Numbered from the stretch's first letter, positions 17,489 to 27,607 are shown. The stretch is 64,000 nucleotides of DNA from an uncultured Rickettsiales bacterium (GCA_964490445.1 CAZBDA010000010.1:7830-71829); one strand, 5' to 3'. Notes: a model not told the origin generated them from the letters alone. Numbers and translations: made by a program.

Positions 17489-18796
17489 TCAGAGAGATCG
17501 CAGGAACGCGATCAACCGGGAACGTTCCACTGCATTCAATTCCAGGCCCCAGGGGTGCCCTGGCTCCTCGCGGGAAGGGTCGAAGAGATCTTCGAGGCTG
17601 GAGACCGCACCGTGGTGGAAGTACGGTGCGGTCCGTCCGACCCCGCGCAGACTCGGGATCCGGTAGTAGCCGGTTGCGCGCACCGGGCTCTCGCCGGCTG
17701 CTGGGTCCGTTCCCAGGGTCTGTAGCGAGACCAGGGTGTCGGAGGTGAAGGTCGGCGCTGTGTGACAGGTGTTGCAGCCCTGTTGGTCGAAGATCAGCGC
17801 TCCGGCAGCGCTGTCCTCTGTGGCCTTGCTGTGGGGAGCTGGTGGGGGCAGCCCCCGCAGGTAGGCCGCGACTGCCCAGCTGAGGACTCGCGGGATGCGG
17901 AATCGCTCGCTACCCGCGGTGATGAAGAGCGTCTCGCAGCGGATCGCCAGGGTGACGGTGCCTCGATGGTGCCAGTTGGCGTTCTGTTGCAGGTAGGGCT
18001 GGTCGGCGATGCCTCCCATGTCGGGGATCGCGTACGGATTAAAGACATCGTCCAGCAGCAGGTCGACGCGGCCGGGTCCCAGGCGATGCAGGTCGGCGAT
18101 GGGGCTGTCCTCGTCCTCGGGAAGGGGCACGTCGGGGTCGTGGCCCAGCGCCAGCAGAAAGGCGCGGCCGATGTCCATCTGCTTGTTGGCAAGCGTCGCC
18201 GAAGCGAGCCCTTCATCGTCTCGGGAGAAGTGACATTGGCTACAGGCGGGCGCGACCCGCGCCGCACCGCTCTCGCTCTCGAAGACTCGTAGGCCCATCC
18301 ACCGGCCGTTGTCCTCGATGAAGCCAACCTCCGTCAGCGCGCCGGGCAAGCTGACGAGCGTCTCGTACAGGGGGTCCGGGCGCAGTGGATATTCCTCCAT
18401 GACCCGTCGTCCCAGGTCCTGCCAGCCGGCCTCGTTGTCGGGGAGTGTGGCGGGGGAGAGGCTGGTCATCTGATCGCGGTGCATCTCGAGGCCGAGGCCC
18501 TGCTGGAGCCTCTCGACGTCCTCTGAGGTCAGGGGGCGTGAGGGGAGGTCCCGTTCCGGCAGGTTGTCCCATCCGGCACCCTCGACAGCGTAGGAGCCGA
18601 GGCGACGTTCAGCGTAAAAGTTGTCGGTTGTGAGTAGATCTCGTTCGAGAATGGCGCGGCGGTACGTGCTATCGCCGATGTACAACTCGGCGCTGTCGGG
18701 CAGGGGGTCGGGCCCGGGGGCCGGACCGCAGCTGCTCGCTGCCAGGATCGGCAATAACAGCAGCAGCGCCAGGCGCGCGGCACGGGGGGGCGTCAT
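17489..18796 (-). CDS. Di-haem cytochrome c peroxidase / MauG-family lipoprotein
   Basis: Signal/lipobox [24 protein letters not shown]. Two CxxCH haem motifs (CSQCH, CNTCH) about 150 aa apart. Start ATG 18796 overlaps the upstream gene's TGA (ATGA). The table ORF to 18988 would run 190 nt into the upstream gene. Confidence 0.7.
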   Translation of the reverse strand: MTPPRAARLALLLLLPILAASSCGPAPGPDPLPDSAELYIGDSTYRRAILERDLLTTDNFYAERRLGSYAVEGAGWDNLPERDLPSRPLTSEDVERLQQGLGLEMHRDQMTSLSPATLPDNEAGWQDLGRRVMEEYPLRPDPLYETLVSLPGALTEVGFIEDNGRWMGLRVFESESGAARVAPACSQCHFSRDDEGLASATLANKQMDIGRAFLLALGHDPDVPLPEDEDSPIADLHRLGPGRVDLLLDDVFNPYAIPDMGGIADQPYLQQNANWHHRGTVTLAIRCETLFITAGSERFRIPRVLSWAVAAYLRGLPPPAPHSKATEDSAAGALIFDQQGCNTCHTAPTFTSDTLVSLQTLGTDPAAGESPVRATGYYRIPSLRGVGRTAPYFHHGAVSSLEDLFDPSREEPGHPWGLELNAVERSRLIAFLRSL

Positions 18797-21030
18797 CGCT
18801 GCCTCCGTCGACCGATGGGCAGGAGGACGAGCAGGGCTGCGCTGAAGCCGCTGCCCGAGCAGTCGTAGCTGAGCCCACAGCCGCCCTGGTAGCAGCCTGG
18901 CTGGAGAAGGTGGTAGGAGCCGTCGTCGGCGATTTCCTCGTCTCCGGCTTCCGGGCGGGGTCCACTGCCGTCGGGACAGCGGTAACACGGTGCGTTAGAG
19001 GCGTCGCAGTAGGTGTCAGTGTAGCCGTCGTCTTGGGGCAGCGCGGGCTGAATGGGCCAGGAGTCGTTGTCGCAGTCGACCAGGTCCGGGTAGCCGTCGC
19101 CGTCGCCCCGATCAGCGAAGACGTCATAGCTGAGACGCACTGACTGGCAGCTTCCGCCTGTTGCCCCGGGTGCCTGGCCAGACGCGGAGTCGAGCACGAA
19201 GAACTCCGTCTGCCAGGGCCAGGGTTGCCCCAGCGCGGCGATCAACTCAGCGCTCGGCAGCCAGTGGACCGCCTGGTCGATGGCGCAGGGCAGGTCCACC
19301 CACGGCAAGGCATCGCAGGCATCGGCTGCTGACGAAGGGCAGGTCTGTCGGAAGCGCTCACAGTCGTCCAGGTTGTCGACCTTCGCAGCCGGCAGGAAAC
19401 CAGCTTCTCCGAAGGTCGGTGATGGGCCGAGCAGGGAGCGTGTTGCGTCGCCGTCCTCGGCAAACCAGAGGACAGGACTCGGAGAGGCGTTCATCGTGGT
19501 CGTGATCGAGGCGGGAGCGTCGGCGAACAGCAGTAGGGGCTCTTTGGGCCTGGGCTCGGTAGAGGGAACGAACAGGTTCCGAGCGGCGATGAACTGGCTG
19601 CCCGGTTGTCCGCCTTCCATCAGAAGCAGACGCGCGCCGCCGTTGTCCGCGAAGGTGTTCTGCAGCAGTTGGATGTCGACGTCGCTTCTGGCCGTGTCCA
19701 GCCGGAGGATGGGGCCCTCGCCGATGCTGTTGCCCACCACGAAAGTGTGGCTCAGGCTCACTCCCACGCTGGTGGTCGAGTCGTTTGGAGGGAGGAAGTC
19801 GAACAGCACTCCGCTGGCGGCCTCAGCGGTCGCTGCGGGTGCCGGTCGGTGCGCGTAGGGCTCAAGTTGGTCTCGGCCCGCACAGGACGGCAGTCCCTCG
19901 CCTCCCTGTGCTCCCCACAGTGCCGACTGGGCGGGCTCAGGTTGTTCACCCAGCAAGGACAGCACGTGACGATTGCGTGACACCACCGAGTTGCTCAGCC
20001 AGTGCCCCATGACCGGCAACAGTTCGCCTTCGGGTCCGGTGTCGACCACCAGCGCGGGGAGCGGCGTGCGGACCAGGGGTACGCCGGTCGTGAGTACGTT
20101 GGCAGCCAGCAGCGACCGATCGATTCTCTTGATGGTGCCGACGAGTAGCGCGAGTTGGTCGTTCTCTGCACTGAGCCCGGTGCCGTCTACGAGGTTACCG
20201 AACACGACGCTACTGACCATGTCGAGGCCGCCCTCTCCGCCGGCGCGCAGCAACGCCAACCCGTCTGCGAGGCTGGCAGGACTGAAGTGGCATCCGACGA
20301 CTTCGCTACGCACCATGATCACCTCGGCGCCGGACTGCAGCGCCACACCCCGGCAGCCCACGATGTGGCTGTCGCGGAGGCTCAGGTGAATGGGCGAGCC
20401 GTCCAGGCCGCTGGCGATGGCGTAGCCCTGAGAGCCGATGATCTCGGTGTCCTCGATAACAAGACCCGTGCTGCCCGAGGCTTCGATGCCGGGTCCGGTG
20501 TGGGCACAGTCGCTCCCCTGGCGGAGGTCCATGCGTACGGCAATCCGGTCCTGGGTGAGGCCGAAGTCGTCGCCCGTCTGCCAGGAGATCAGGGGGCCGC
20601 CGGGATCGCTTCCGTCAGAGCACAGGGTCGTGTCGTCGGTCTCGAGAACCAGGCCGTTCGCGTAGTGGCCGAATTGCTGTTGCCGGACGCTGACCTGTTC
20701 GTGGTGGTAGCTAGGGCCAGTGACGCAGATCCTGGCCGTCGGGCGTAGGCCACTTGCCGTTTCGGGTAGCGCGGCAGTGGCCTCGAGGGCTGCGGCGATG
20801 GTCGGTAGCAGGCCCGCCGTCGGATCGCAGTCCTGGCCGCAGCCGGCTGTTACCGGGCTGCCGTCCGAGACCACGCACAGGTTGTGCTCCTGCCCCCGTG
20901 CTGCTGCGGGAAGACAGAGCAGCAGCGCAAGCGTGAGCAGCGCAGGTCCGGTGGGCTGTGAGGCTGTCGACAAGTGCTCCTGGCTCCCCTCGAATGCCAG
21001 AGTACCGCGTTCCTGCCAGCGAAGCGCCAT
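18793..21030 (-). CDS. Secreted right-handed parallel beta-helix repeat protein with MYXO-CTERM-type C-terminal sorting signal
   Basis: N-terminal signal ([18 protein letters not shown]). Gly/Ser/Asn-rich beta-helix-type repeats ([45 protein letters not shown]). C-terminus [34 protein letters not shown] is a Cys/Gly region, hydrophobic helix and Arg cluster. Start could be an internal TTG nearer the signal peptide. Confidence 0.6.
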   Translation of the reverse strand: MALRWQERGTLAFEGSQEHLSTASQPTGPALLTLALLLCLPAAARGQEHNLCVVSDGSPVTAGCGQDCDPTAGLLPTIAAALEATAALPETASGLRPTARICVTGPSYHHEQVSVRQQQFGHYANGLVLETDDTTLCSDGSDPGGPLISWQTGDDFGLTQDRIAVRMDLRQGSDCAHTGPGIEASGSTGLVIEDTEIIGSQGYAIASGLDGSPIHLSLRDSHIVGCRGVALQSGAEVIMVRSEVVGCHFSPASLADGLALLRAGGEGGLDMVSSVVFGNLVDGTGLSAENDQLALLVGTIKRIDRSLLAANVLTTGVPLVRTPLPALVVDTGPEGELLPVMGHWLSNSVVSRNRHVLSLLGEQPEPAQSALWGAQGGEGLPSCAGRDQLEPYAHRPAPAATAEAASGVLFDFLPPNDSTTSVGVSLSHTFVVGNSIGEGPILRLDTARSDVDIQLLQNTFADNGGARLLLMEGGQPGSQFIAARNLFVPSTEPRPKEPLLLFADAPASITTTMNASPSPVLWFAEDGDATRSLLGPSPTFGEAGFLPAAKVDNLDDCERFRQTCPSSAADACDALPWVDLPCAIDQAVHWLPSAELIAALGQPWPWQTEFFVLDSASGQAPGATGGSCQSVRLSYDVFADRGDGDGYPDLVDCDNDSWPIQPALPQDDGYTDTYCDASNAPCYRCPDGSGPRPEAGDEEIADDGSYHLLQPGCYQGGCGLSYDCSGSGFSAALLVLLPIGRRRQR

Positions 21031-21160
21031 GGCAGCTGCCCGGCGCTGCGGCCGGTCGATGTCTTGCCCCTCGTTGTCCCGCGGATTGCTCGAACAAAGC
21101 GCCCTGCTCGGCTCTCAGATGGCCGGCCTGTTCGTGCCCTGGAAGCCCTTCACGGTGGCT

Positions 21161-21198
21161 TTGAAACATCTCGTAACAAGGCGAAACACACCGGTTAC
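21161..21198 (+). promoter_or_regulatory. Conserved 38-nt element E1 ttgaaacatctcgtaacaaggcgaaacacaccggttac, 79 nt upstream of the TSP3/VWA lipoprotein gene
   Basis: 33/38 identical to the reverse complement of 27608..27645. Direct repeats TGAAACA/CGAAACA are 21 nt apart. Internal inverted repeat GTAAC...GTTAC. Confidence 0.45.
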
Positions 21199-21276
21199 AG
21201 CGATTGCGCGAAGTTGCTTGTCGACGAGGGAACCCACTCTCGATTGCAACCGGGTCGCAGCGATGCACCCAGAAAG

Positions 21277-23046
21277 ATGAATACGATGCTTACGACTCGA
21301 AAGACGACTTGGAGCTGTTTACTCATGGCTCTGGCTCTTACCGGCTGTGAACTGCTGCCGGGATCTTCCAGCGGAGATGCAGGGAGCGCCGGGAGCGACG
21401 GTAGCACCAGCGTAGAGGTGGACTGTGGTGATGACGACAGTGATTCCGGCACCGACGTGATCGACGAGGGGTCCGTGGACGACTCCGATTCCAGTTCCTC
21501 GGCTGATGATGATGATAGCGACCTCGACGAGGGCGGCTCTGAGGGTGATAGCGAGGACGAAGCCGACGAAGAGGATCCCGACACCGATACCGACGGTGAC
21601 GGCATCTCCGATGTCGTCGAGGGCGATGTCGACACCGATGGGGACGGTCACGAAGACTGGATGGACACCGACTCGGACAATGACGGCATCAGCGACGCGG
21701 ACGAAGGCACCATCGATACCGACGGCGACGGCGTCCCTGACTACGTCGACAGCGACTCGGACAACGACGGCATCAGCGACGCGGACGAAGGCGACGTCGA
21801 CAGTGACGGCGACGGCGACCCCGACTATGTCGATAGCGACTCCGACAATGATGGCTCCAGCGACCTGGTCGAAGAAGTCGTCGGAACTGACCCGACCGAC
21901 CCCACCGACAACCCCCCGGACAATGGCGACCAGGTCATCGATGTCACCTCTGAGACCACCGTCAGCACCGACCTCATTACCACCACGACCAACTACCAGC
22001 AGTTGGACGTCTGGTTCCTGATGGATCGGACCTGCTCGATGGGCCAGGAGATCCAGGCGATGGCCGGTGCCGTGGTCGACATCGTCGACTCCCTGACCTG
22101 CGAAGGCTCCGGTGAGAGTTGTGTCGAGGACGCCAGTTGTGAGACGGGCGAGGTGTGTGGTTGGCAAGACGAGTGCATCGAAGACCCCGCGCTCGTGGGT
22201 TGTGTGCCGAGCTTCTGGTCCGGTGCGGGCACCTACCAGGACGACGGCTATCCGATCACGAACCTGGCCTCGATGAGCAGCGACCCGTCACTGACGGCCA
22301 GCATGATCCCCACCTCGATTGCCGGTGGCTCGCAGGAGAACCTGTTCCAGGCAGCGGCCTGTGTGGCGAACCCGGCAGCTTGTGGCCCCGAGGTAACCCT
22401 GGACTGCGCCGCGTATGGAATCGGCTGCCCTGGCTACCGCAACGAGTCCGTGCGGGTGCTGGTGCAGATTACCGACGAAGACGACCAGTCCAGCCCCCAG
22501 AGCTACAATGCCGCCATGGCCGGTGCTGCGCTGCAGGCGCACAATATCGAGTACATCGGCATTGACTGCGACACCAACAGCATGGGCCTTGCCGACCTGC
22601 AGGCAGTTGCTACCGAAGCGGGCTCCCTCGACGCGAACGGCGCGCCGCTGGTGTTCTCGGGTGTCGGTACTGAGGTGGTACCTACTGTCACCCAGGCTAT
22701 CCAGACACTGGTCGAGGACGTACCCGTAGAGGTCACGGTGACCGCCACGGATCTGCCTGGCGATTCCGGGGACTCCCTGGTGTTCCTCGACTACCTCGAG
22801 GTGGTCAGCGGCGTACAGGGCTGCACGGCCTCTCCTTCGATAGACACTGATGGGGACGGCTTCGCCGAGACCTACACCAGCGTTCTGCCTGGTACGACCG
22901 TCTGTTGGAGTTTCAATGTCGACAACAGCACGGCAGTGACTCCTACCGACGAGGTGCAGACTTTCGACATGCTGCTGACGATCACGGGCAACAACGCCGT
23001 GCTCGATGAGTACACGGTCACCTTCGTGGTTGGTCCGGCAAGCTGA
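21277..23046 (+). CDS. Lipoprotein with thrombospondin type-3-like Ca-binding repeats and a C-terminal VWA-like domain
   Basis: Lipobox [10 protein letters not shown]. Asp-rich [22 protein letters not shown] repeats. VWA-like core [12 protein letters not shown] (MIDAS DxTxS), [21 protein letters not shown] with a Cys-rich insertion. Table ORF starts at 20974; ATG 21277 fits the signal peptide. Confidence 0.6.
   Translation: MNTMLTTRKTTWSCLLMALALTGCELLPGSSSGDAGSAGSDGSTSVEVDCGDDDSDSGTDVIDEGSVDDSDSSSSADDDDSDLDEGGSEGDSEDEADEEDPDTDTDGDGISDVVEGDVDTDGDGHEDWMDTDSDNDGISDADEGTIDTDGDGVPDYVDSDSDNDGISDADEGDVDSDGDGDPDYVDSDSDNDGSSDLVEEVVGTDPTDPTDNPPDNGDQVIDVTSETTVSTDLITTTTNYQQLDVWFLMDRTCSMGQEIQAMAGAVVDIVDSLTCEGSGESCVEDASCETGEVCGWQDECIEDPALVGCVPSFWSGAGTYQDDGYPITNLASMSSDPSLTASMIPTSIAGGSQENLFQAAACVANPAACGPEVTLDCAAYGIGCPGYRNESVRVLVQITDEDDQSSPQSYNAAMAGAALQAHNIEYIGIDCDTNSMGLADLQAVATEAGSLDANGAPLVFSGVGTEVVPTVTQAIQTLVEDVPVEVTVTATDLPGDSGDSLVFLDYLEVVSGVQGCTASPSIDTDGDGFAETYTSVLPGTTVCWSFNVDNSTAVTPTDEVQTFDMLLTITGNNAVLDEYTVTFVVGPAS
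21581..21866 (+). repeat. Intragenic tandem repeats (~84 nt, ~3.4 copies) encoding TSP3-like DxDxDGxxDxxE units
   Basis: Successive near-identical segments gacagcgactcggacaa(c/t)ga(c/t)ggcatcagcgacgcggacgaaggc... encode [15 protein letters not shown](T/D)(I/V)D(T/S)DGDG. Confidence 0.7.
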
Positions 23047-23182
23047 ATCCCAGGCGATTCAATCGAACGCAGAGGCACCCATGAGCCGGGGCCCCGGGAC
23101 ATCCCGGAGCCTCGGCTCTGTGCTTGGCTCGCCGTTGGCGAGCTGTTCGGTGGCGGTCGTCACGCCGGCGGCGGATTTCGTC

Positions 23183-26100
23183 TTAGGAATCGAGCAGTCG
23201 CAGTAGCAAGCGCAACTCCACCGACCTCTTGCTCAGTTGCTGTAGTTGCTCTGCCGTCAGCGAGTTGGCTACGGAGAATGCAGGGTCGAGTTGCTGTGCA
23301 ACGACCGTACACAAGGCCTGCTCGACCTCCCCCTGAGCTTCTGCGAGCTGACCTGCTTCTGTGAGGCTCTCCAGCGCTCCCCCTGGATCCGAGAGGCGCG
23401 CGCGTGTCACGGCAAGTACGCAAAGAGCCTGCAGGCGTGCCTGGATCTGAGTCTCTGCCGTCAGGACCTCCATTGCAGCAGCCAATTGTGCTGAGGCTTC
23501 TTCGGCTGCTCCCAGCTGCAGGTGCGCAACCGCAAGGCCAACCTGTGTAATTGCGCCTCCGACAGCCCATCCTGAAGCGGCCAGGCCCGCCCTCCCTGCT
23601 TCCAGGTGGCGGATCGCCCTGGGCGCATTGCCAAGGTCCAGGTGGATGCGGCCGAGGATCCCTTGTGTGTGCGCAGATGCCACCGCATCACCCAGCAGCA
23701 GCGCTCGACGAGTACTTTCCTCGACAAGACGCTCTGCCTCGTCATGGCGCCCGAGGATCAGCACCACCTCTGCGAGCAGGCCGAGGCAGGCATAGGTGCT
23801 TCGTGGGTTGTCGAAGGCCTCGTGGATCTCGATAGCTTCGCGTAGGAAGCCCTCGGCTTCCTGAGGCATTCCCAGGTTGCAGTGCAGCACTCCGAGCCTG
23901 CGCAGGCAGTTGCCTTTGCGCCTCTGTAGACCCGAGTCGCTGGCGATCTCGAGTGCATTGCGAGCGTGCTTCTCGGCTTCTTTCATTCGGCCCTGCCACT
24001 CCGCAAAGTGGCTCATGTGCTGGTGTGCCAGCAGTCGATCCAGGGGCCTTCCCTGCGTTCCCACGGTCAACAGTGCGGTGCGGACCTGCCCTTCCGCCTG
24101 GGTGATGTGTCCCATGGGAATGAGCAGGCCTCCTGCGCGGTACAGGGAAGCTCGGGCAAGGAGCAAGGGGCGTAGGGAGTCTCGGGCAAGGGACTCGAGC
24201 AACTCGATGTCGTGTTCGACTTCGGCGAGCATGCCCCCTACTCGTCTCCGCCACAGTGCCCGCGCATAGAGCAGGTCGATCTGAGTTTCTGGGTTCTGTC
24301 GGCCCGAGTGCTCGAGAACCGAGTTCAAGAGCCGGTCATAGACGCCGGGGGGGCCACGTTCTTGCAGGATCGGCTCCAGCACGAGGGCGATGCGCACGGC
24401 GACATCACTTTCCCGCAAGGAGCACTCGCTTTCGATCTTCAGCAGGTTGTCGATCTCGAGTTCCAACAGGCGAGTGGCTTGGAGGCCCCTGCTGCCATCC
24501 CGCGAAGCAGCCAGTCGTTCTGCTTCGACCAGGTAGTAGTCCCTGTGTCGCTGTTTCAGCGCCCCCAGGCTGGTGAGCTCCGCGAGGTGTTCTGATGCGA
24601 AGAGATAGATGCTTTCGAAGAATGTGAAGCGTCGTAGACCCGTGACGCCGGGGACCTCGACACAGCGCAGCAGCGACTTGTCGACAAGGCCCTGGAGCAG
24701 ATCGAGGACCAGCGCGTCGCCGTGCGGAAATTCGATGACGGCCTCGGCCGCTTCAGCAGAAAAGCCGCCGGAGAAGATGGTCGTTTGTGCCAGCACGTGC
24801 TTCTCCTCGACACGGAGAAGCTGCCAGGACCATTCAATGGCACCGCGAAGGGTGGTGGTGCGGTCCTTGTCGCTGGCTCGGTTGGCGCGGAGCAGTTCGA
24901 AACGCTGCGTCAGGCGCTGGCGGAGTTGTTGGGTGGACAACATTCGGATCCGTGCTGCAGCCAACTCGACTGCAAGGGGGATCCGGTCCAGTTCTTTGAC
25001 GACGGTTCGGATGTCGTCCATGCCCTGCTCGTCGGGCTGGAAGTCGTAGCGAAGCTCTCGCGCGCGTTCCATGAACAGTGCGACGGCCGGCTCCTCGTCC
25101 AGGGGCGCCAGTTCGTAGACCCTCTCGCCGGGTACGTTGAGCAGCGCCTGGGAAGTCACCAGGAAGCGGGCACCTGGCGCAGCTTGGAGCCATGCAGCGA
25201 CCACTTCGCCCGAGGACTCCACCAACTGCTCGAAGTTGTCCAGCAGGACGAGGCAGGGCCCTCGGTTGGCCAACTCGTCGCTGATGGCTTCGACGTCGTC
25301 ATCCGCGGTGGTGCTGGCCATCGCGATGCCGAGTCCCGCCGCGACTGCCCTGATCATGCCCTCCTTGTCACGGGCTGCCTGGAGGTCGCAGAACCACGAG
25401 GAGGCCTCGCCCAGTAGTGTAGGTGCCCGCTGTTCGGCGAAGACCCGCGCCAGCAGGGTCTTGCCCATGCCGCCGGGCCCGGTGAGCGTGACGAGTCGGG
25501 CCCCTGTCTCGAACAACTCCTGTAGAGCCGCCAGAGAACGCTCCCGGCCCTGGACAACGCGGCCATCGAGGGTGATGACCGAAAGCTCCTGGGTGGAATC
25601 CCCGCCGGTCGCAAGGCTCGCTGCGGGGGCCTCGGGAACGGCTGGGCTCGGAGCCACGGGCGGCTCCTCGTCGGATGGCGGCTCGAAGCGGTAGCCCTGG
25701 CCATGCACTGTCAGAATGAAGCGAGGCTCTGCCGGGTTGGGCTCGATCTTCTTGCGGAGCCGCCGAACCGCGACATCGACAGCCCGGGTTACGACTCGCC
25801 CGCGGATTCCCCAGACGTCCCGCATCAGTTGATCTCTGGTGATCACGCGCCCGGGGTTGGTGGCCAGGTATCTCAGCAGGCTGGCTTCGTTGGTAGTGAG
25901 GCCTTCGTGCTGCTCTCCCAGGTGCACCTCTTCTCTCGCGAGATCTACCTGGCAGTGGCCCAGGTCCAGCGTTTCCAGGGGAACGCGATTAATGGAGCTG
26001 CCGCCGAGCCGGTCCAGGGCATCGAGCAGCTCGCCACAGGATCCCAGGCGCTCCTGTTCGTTGGTCTTTCCCATCTGCCGCAACAGGTCTACGAGGCCAG

Positions 26101-26908
26101 CGGGTGCGCCCGCTTCTTCCAGCGCTGCTGGACTTGCCTGGCGTGCCCGCACCTCTCGACCCAGCAGCAGGGCCTCTCCGATGCGTGCCAACGAGTAGAT
26201 GTCGTCGTGAACGGTGCTTTGCAGCCTGTCGCTTTTCGTATTGGGAGCCAGGTAGGGCAGGTCCTCTTCAGCGATGGGCTCGGCGAGGGCTCCCAGCCGA
26301 CCAAAATCGAGCAGCTTCACGTCGTCCCGCTCGGTAATGAAGATGACCGACGGCTCCAGCAGACCGTGGCTGAGTCCCATTCCGTGCGCGTGCCCCAGTG
26401 CTTCCGCGAGGGTGCGGAAGATGCGTAGCACCCGGCGTACGCTGAGGATCTCGCTGCTGTCTGCGAGTCGTTCTCTGAGGCTGCGTCCCTGGACCAAATC
26501 GACGACCAGCGCGCACAGCTCGCCGTCTTCTATGAAGTCCAGGACGCGAACGATGTGCGGATGCCGCAGGCGGGCCAGCAGAGCTGCTTCCCGTCGCAAC
26601 TCCTCGCGAACCTCGTCGAGGTGGGTGAGGTGAGGATGGAGCACCTTGACGGCGGCTTGTAGGCCGGAAACGAATCGGTGCGTGCCCCGATAGACAGTGG
26701 TACGGGAGCCCACGCCGAGGACTTCTGAGAGTTCATATCCGCCGATTTGCTGTACCACTGTCAAACAGATAGCACGACATGCTGCCGCGGCACGATCCAC
26801 GGGAGCAGACAGCCGCATCTTGCCTGCGCCAAGTAGAGACGCCCGAATCGCGTGCGACTCGGGCGTCCCGCAAGGGGGGCGTTGCTCCAGCGGAGCTGCT
26901 GCTAGCAA
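23183..26908 (-). CDS. STAND-class regulator: degenerate Ser/Thr kinase (pseudokinase) domain + OmpR/PhoB-type winged-helix DNA-binding domain + NB-ARC P-loop NTPase + TPR repeats
   Basis: Kinase fold markers are present (G-loop GVGSRTT, AVKVL Lys, alphaC Glu, DFG in KLLDFG). The catalytic loop reads HGLLEPSV instead of HRDLKPEN, and APE becomes APN. Winged helix: EASLLRYLATNPGRVITRDQLMRDVWG...RAVDVAVRRLRKKIEPNP...ILTVHGQGYRF. NB-ARC: Walker A LTGPGGMGKT, Walker B LVLLDNFE, sensor-I-like FLVTSQ, GLPLA-like RIPLAVEL. TPR-like helical repeats follow to the C-terminus. Alternative start ATG 26821. Confidence 0.75.
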   Translation of the reverse strand: MLAAAPLEQRPPCGTPESHAIRASLLGAGKMRLSAPVDRAAAACRAICLTVVQQIGGYELSEVLGVGSRTTVYRGTHRFVSGLQAAVKVLHPHLTHLDEVREELRREAALLARLRHPHIVRVLDFIEDGELCALVVDLVQGRSLRERLADSSEILSVRRVLRIFRTLAEALGHAHGMGLSHGLLEPSVIFITERDDVKLLDFGRLGALAEPIAEEDLPYLAPNTKSDRLQSTVHDDIYSLARIGEALLLGREVRARQASPAALEEAGAPAGLVDLLRQMGKTNEQERLGSCGELLDALDRLGGSSINRVPLETLDLGHCQVDLAREEVHLGEQHEGLTTNEASLLRYLATNPGRVITRDQLMRDVWGIRGRVVTRAVDVAVRRLRKKIEPNPAEPRFILTVHGQGYRFEPPSDEEPPVAPSPAVPEAPAASLATGGDSTQELSVITLDGRVVQGRERSLAALQELFETGARLVTLTGPGGMGKTLLARVFAEQRAPTLLGEASSWFCDLQAARDKEGMIRAVAAGLGIAMASTTADDDVEAISDELANRGPCLVLLDNFEQLVESSGEVVAAWLQAAPGARFLVTSQALLNVPGERVYELAPLDEEPAVALFMERARELRYDFQPDEQGMDDIRTVVKELDRIPLAVELAAARIRMLSTQQLRQRLTQRFELLRANRASDKDRTTTLRGAIEWSWQLLRVEEKHVLAQTTIFSGGFSAEAAEAVIEFPHGDALVLDLLQGLVDKSLLRCVEVPGVTGLRRFTFFESIYLFASEHLAELTSLGALKQRHRDYYLVEAERLAASRDGSRGLQATRLLELEIDNLLKIESECSLRESDVAVRIALVLEPILQERGPPGVYDRLLNSVLEHSGRQNPETQIDLLYARALWRRRVGGMLAEVEHDIELLESLARDSLRPLLLARASLYRAGGLLIPMGHITQAEGQVRTALLTVGTQGRPLDRLLAHQHMSHFAEWQGRMKEAEKHARNALEIASDSGLQRRKGNCLRRLGVLHCNLGMPQEAEGFLREAIEIHEAFDNPRSTYACLGLLAEVVLILGRHDEAERLVEESTRRALLLGDAVASAHTQGILGRIHLDLGNAPRAIRHLEAGRAGLAASGWAVGGAITQVGLAVAHLQLGAAEEASAQLAAAMEVLTAETQIQARLQALCVLAVTRARLSDPGGALESLTEAGQLAEAQGEVEQALCTVVAQQLDPAFSVANSLTAEQLQQLSKRSVELRLLLRLLDS

Positions 26909-27513
26909 TCCCAGGTGACGGTAACCTGCTCGACTTCGCCGTCGCCGTTGAAGGTTGCCGAGACGTCGATGCAGCGAGCAAGGAAGCCGGCGATTGCCCA
27001 GGCAAGCGGGTGGCCTGCAGGCTCATCGCCCCACACCACGCCGCTGATCTCGAGGAACTCGACCAGAAGTAGGGGATTGGTGACTGCCGTTATTGCCGAG
27101 GAATAGTCGACAAGGGAGGTGACCAGCGCATCCTCGCGGGTCTGTTCGACGAGACCCTGATCGTCGAATACCACCAAGCCCGCGCTCGTTCCGGCATAGC
27201 CGACGATAAAGTTGCCGCGAGCGTCGTATACCGACAGCGAGCCGGCATGGGAGTCTCCCTCCAGTTCGACGATGAAGATCTCGTTGTCCGCGAGGATTGC
27301 GAAGCTGTCGGCAGCCTCGGGTTCGCGGTGATACCAGGCGAGTTGCAGGTTCACTTCGGGAGTCGTGGAGGTATTCTCGGGACGCTCGCTTGTTGCATTT
27401 CGGTCGTCTTGCTCGGGTGCCTGGCTCCTGGGTGTGGCGCCGGCAACAGAGAGCAGGCCACCGAGAATGAAGGTGGGGATTAGGGTAAGAATCGTCAGGG
27501 CCTTCGAGTTCAT
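26902..27513 (-). CDS. Secreted hypothetical protein (signal peptide), unknown function
   Basis: MNSKALTILTLIPTFILGGLLSVAGA signal peptide. No recognisable domain. Its stop lies about 1 nt before the STAND gene ATG, so they are probably co-transcribed. The conserved 38-nt element lies about 95 nt upstream. Confidence 0.45.
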   Translation of the reverse strand: MNSKALTILTLIPTFILGGLLSVAGATPRSQAPEQDDRNATSERPENTSTTPEVNLQLAWYHREPEAADSFAILADNEIFIVELEGDSHAGSLSVYDARGNFIVGYAGTSAGLVVFDDQGLVEQTREDALVTSLVDYSSAITAVTNPLLLVEFLEISGVVWGDEPAGHPLAWAIAGFLARCIDVSATFNGDGEVEQVTVTWDC

Positions 27514-27607
27514 CTTGTTCTCCTTGCCTTGAGTGCTGAGTCTCAGGGTCAGTTGTCGTTTTGGTCGTGGCCACTGCCATCGACTCCCGGAGCATTACCC
27601 ACGAGGA

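Noticed and set aside
17497-17514. GATCGC-aggaac-GCGATC hairpin that looked like a terminator after the CCP-like gene
   Set aside because: It lies inside the last codons of the CCP-like CDS (stop at 17489..17491), not downstream of it.
23086-23097. Loop-less GC palindrome CCGGGGCCCCGG in the convergent gap between the TSP3/VWA gene and the STAND gene
   Set aside because: Perfect palindromes without a loop are common by chance in 66%-GC DNA. No flanking U-tract. Not reported as a terminator.
23183-26908. Possibility that the NB-ARC/TPR protein is an antiviral STAND (Avs-like) defence protein
   Set aside because: It has no nuclease, protease, Sir2 or TIR effector domain. Instead it carries an OmpR-type DNA-binding winged helix, and a candidate operator motif lies in adjacent promoters. 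A transcription-factor role fits better.
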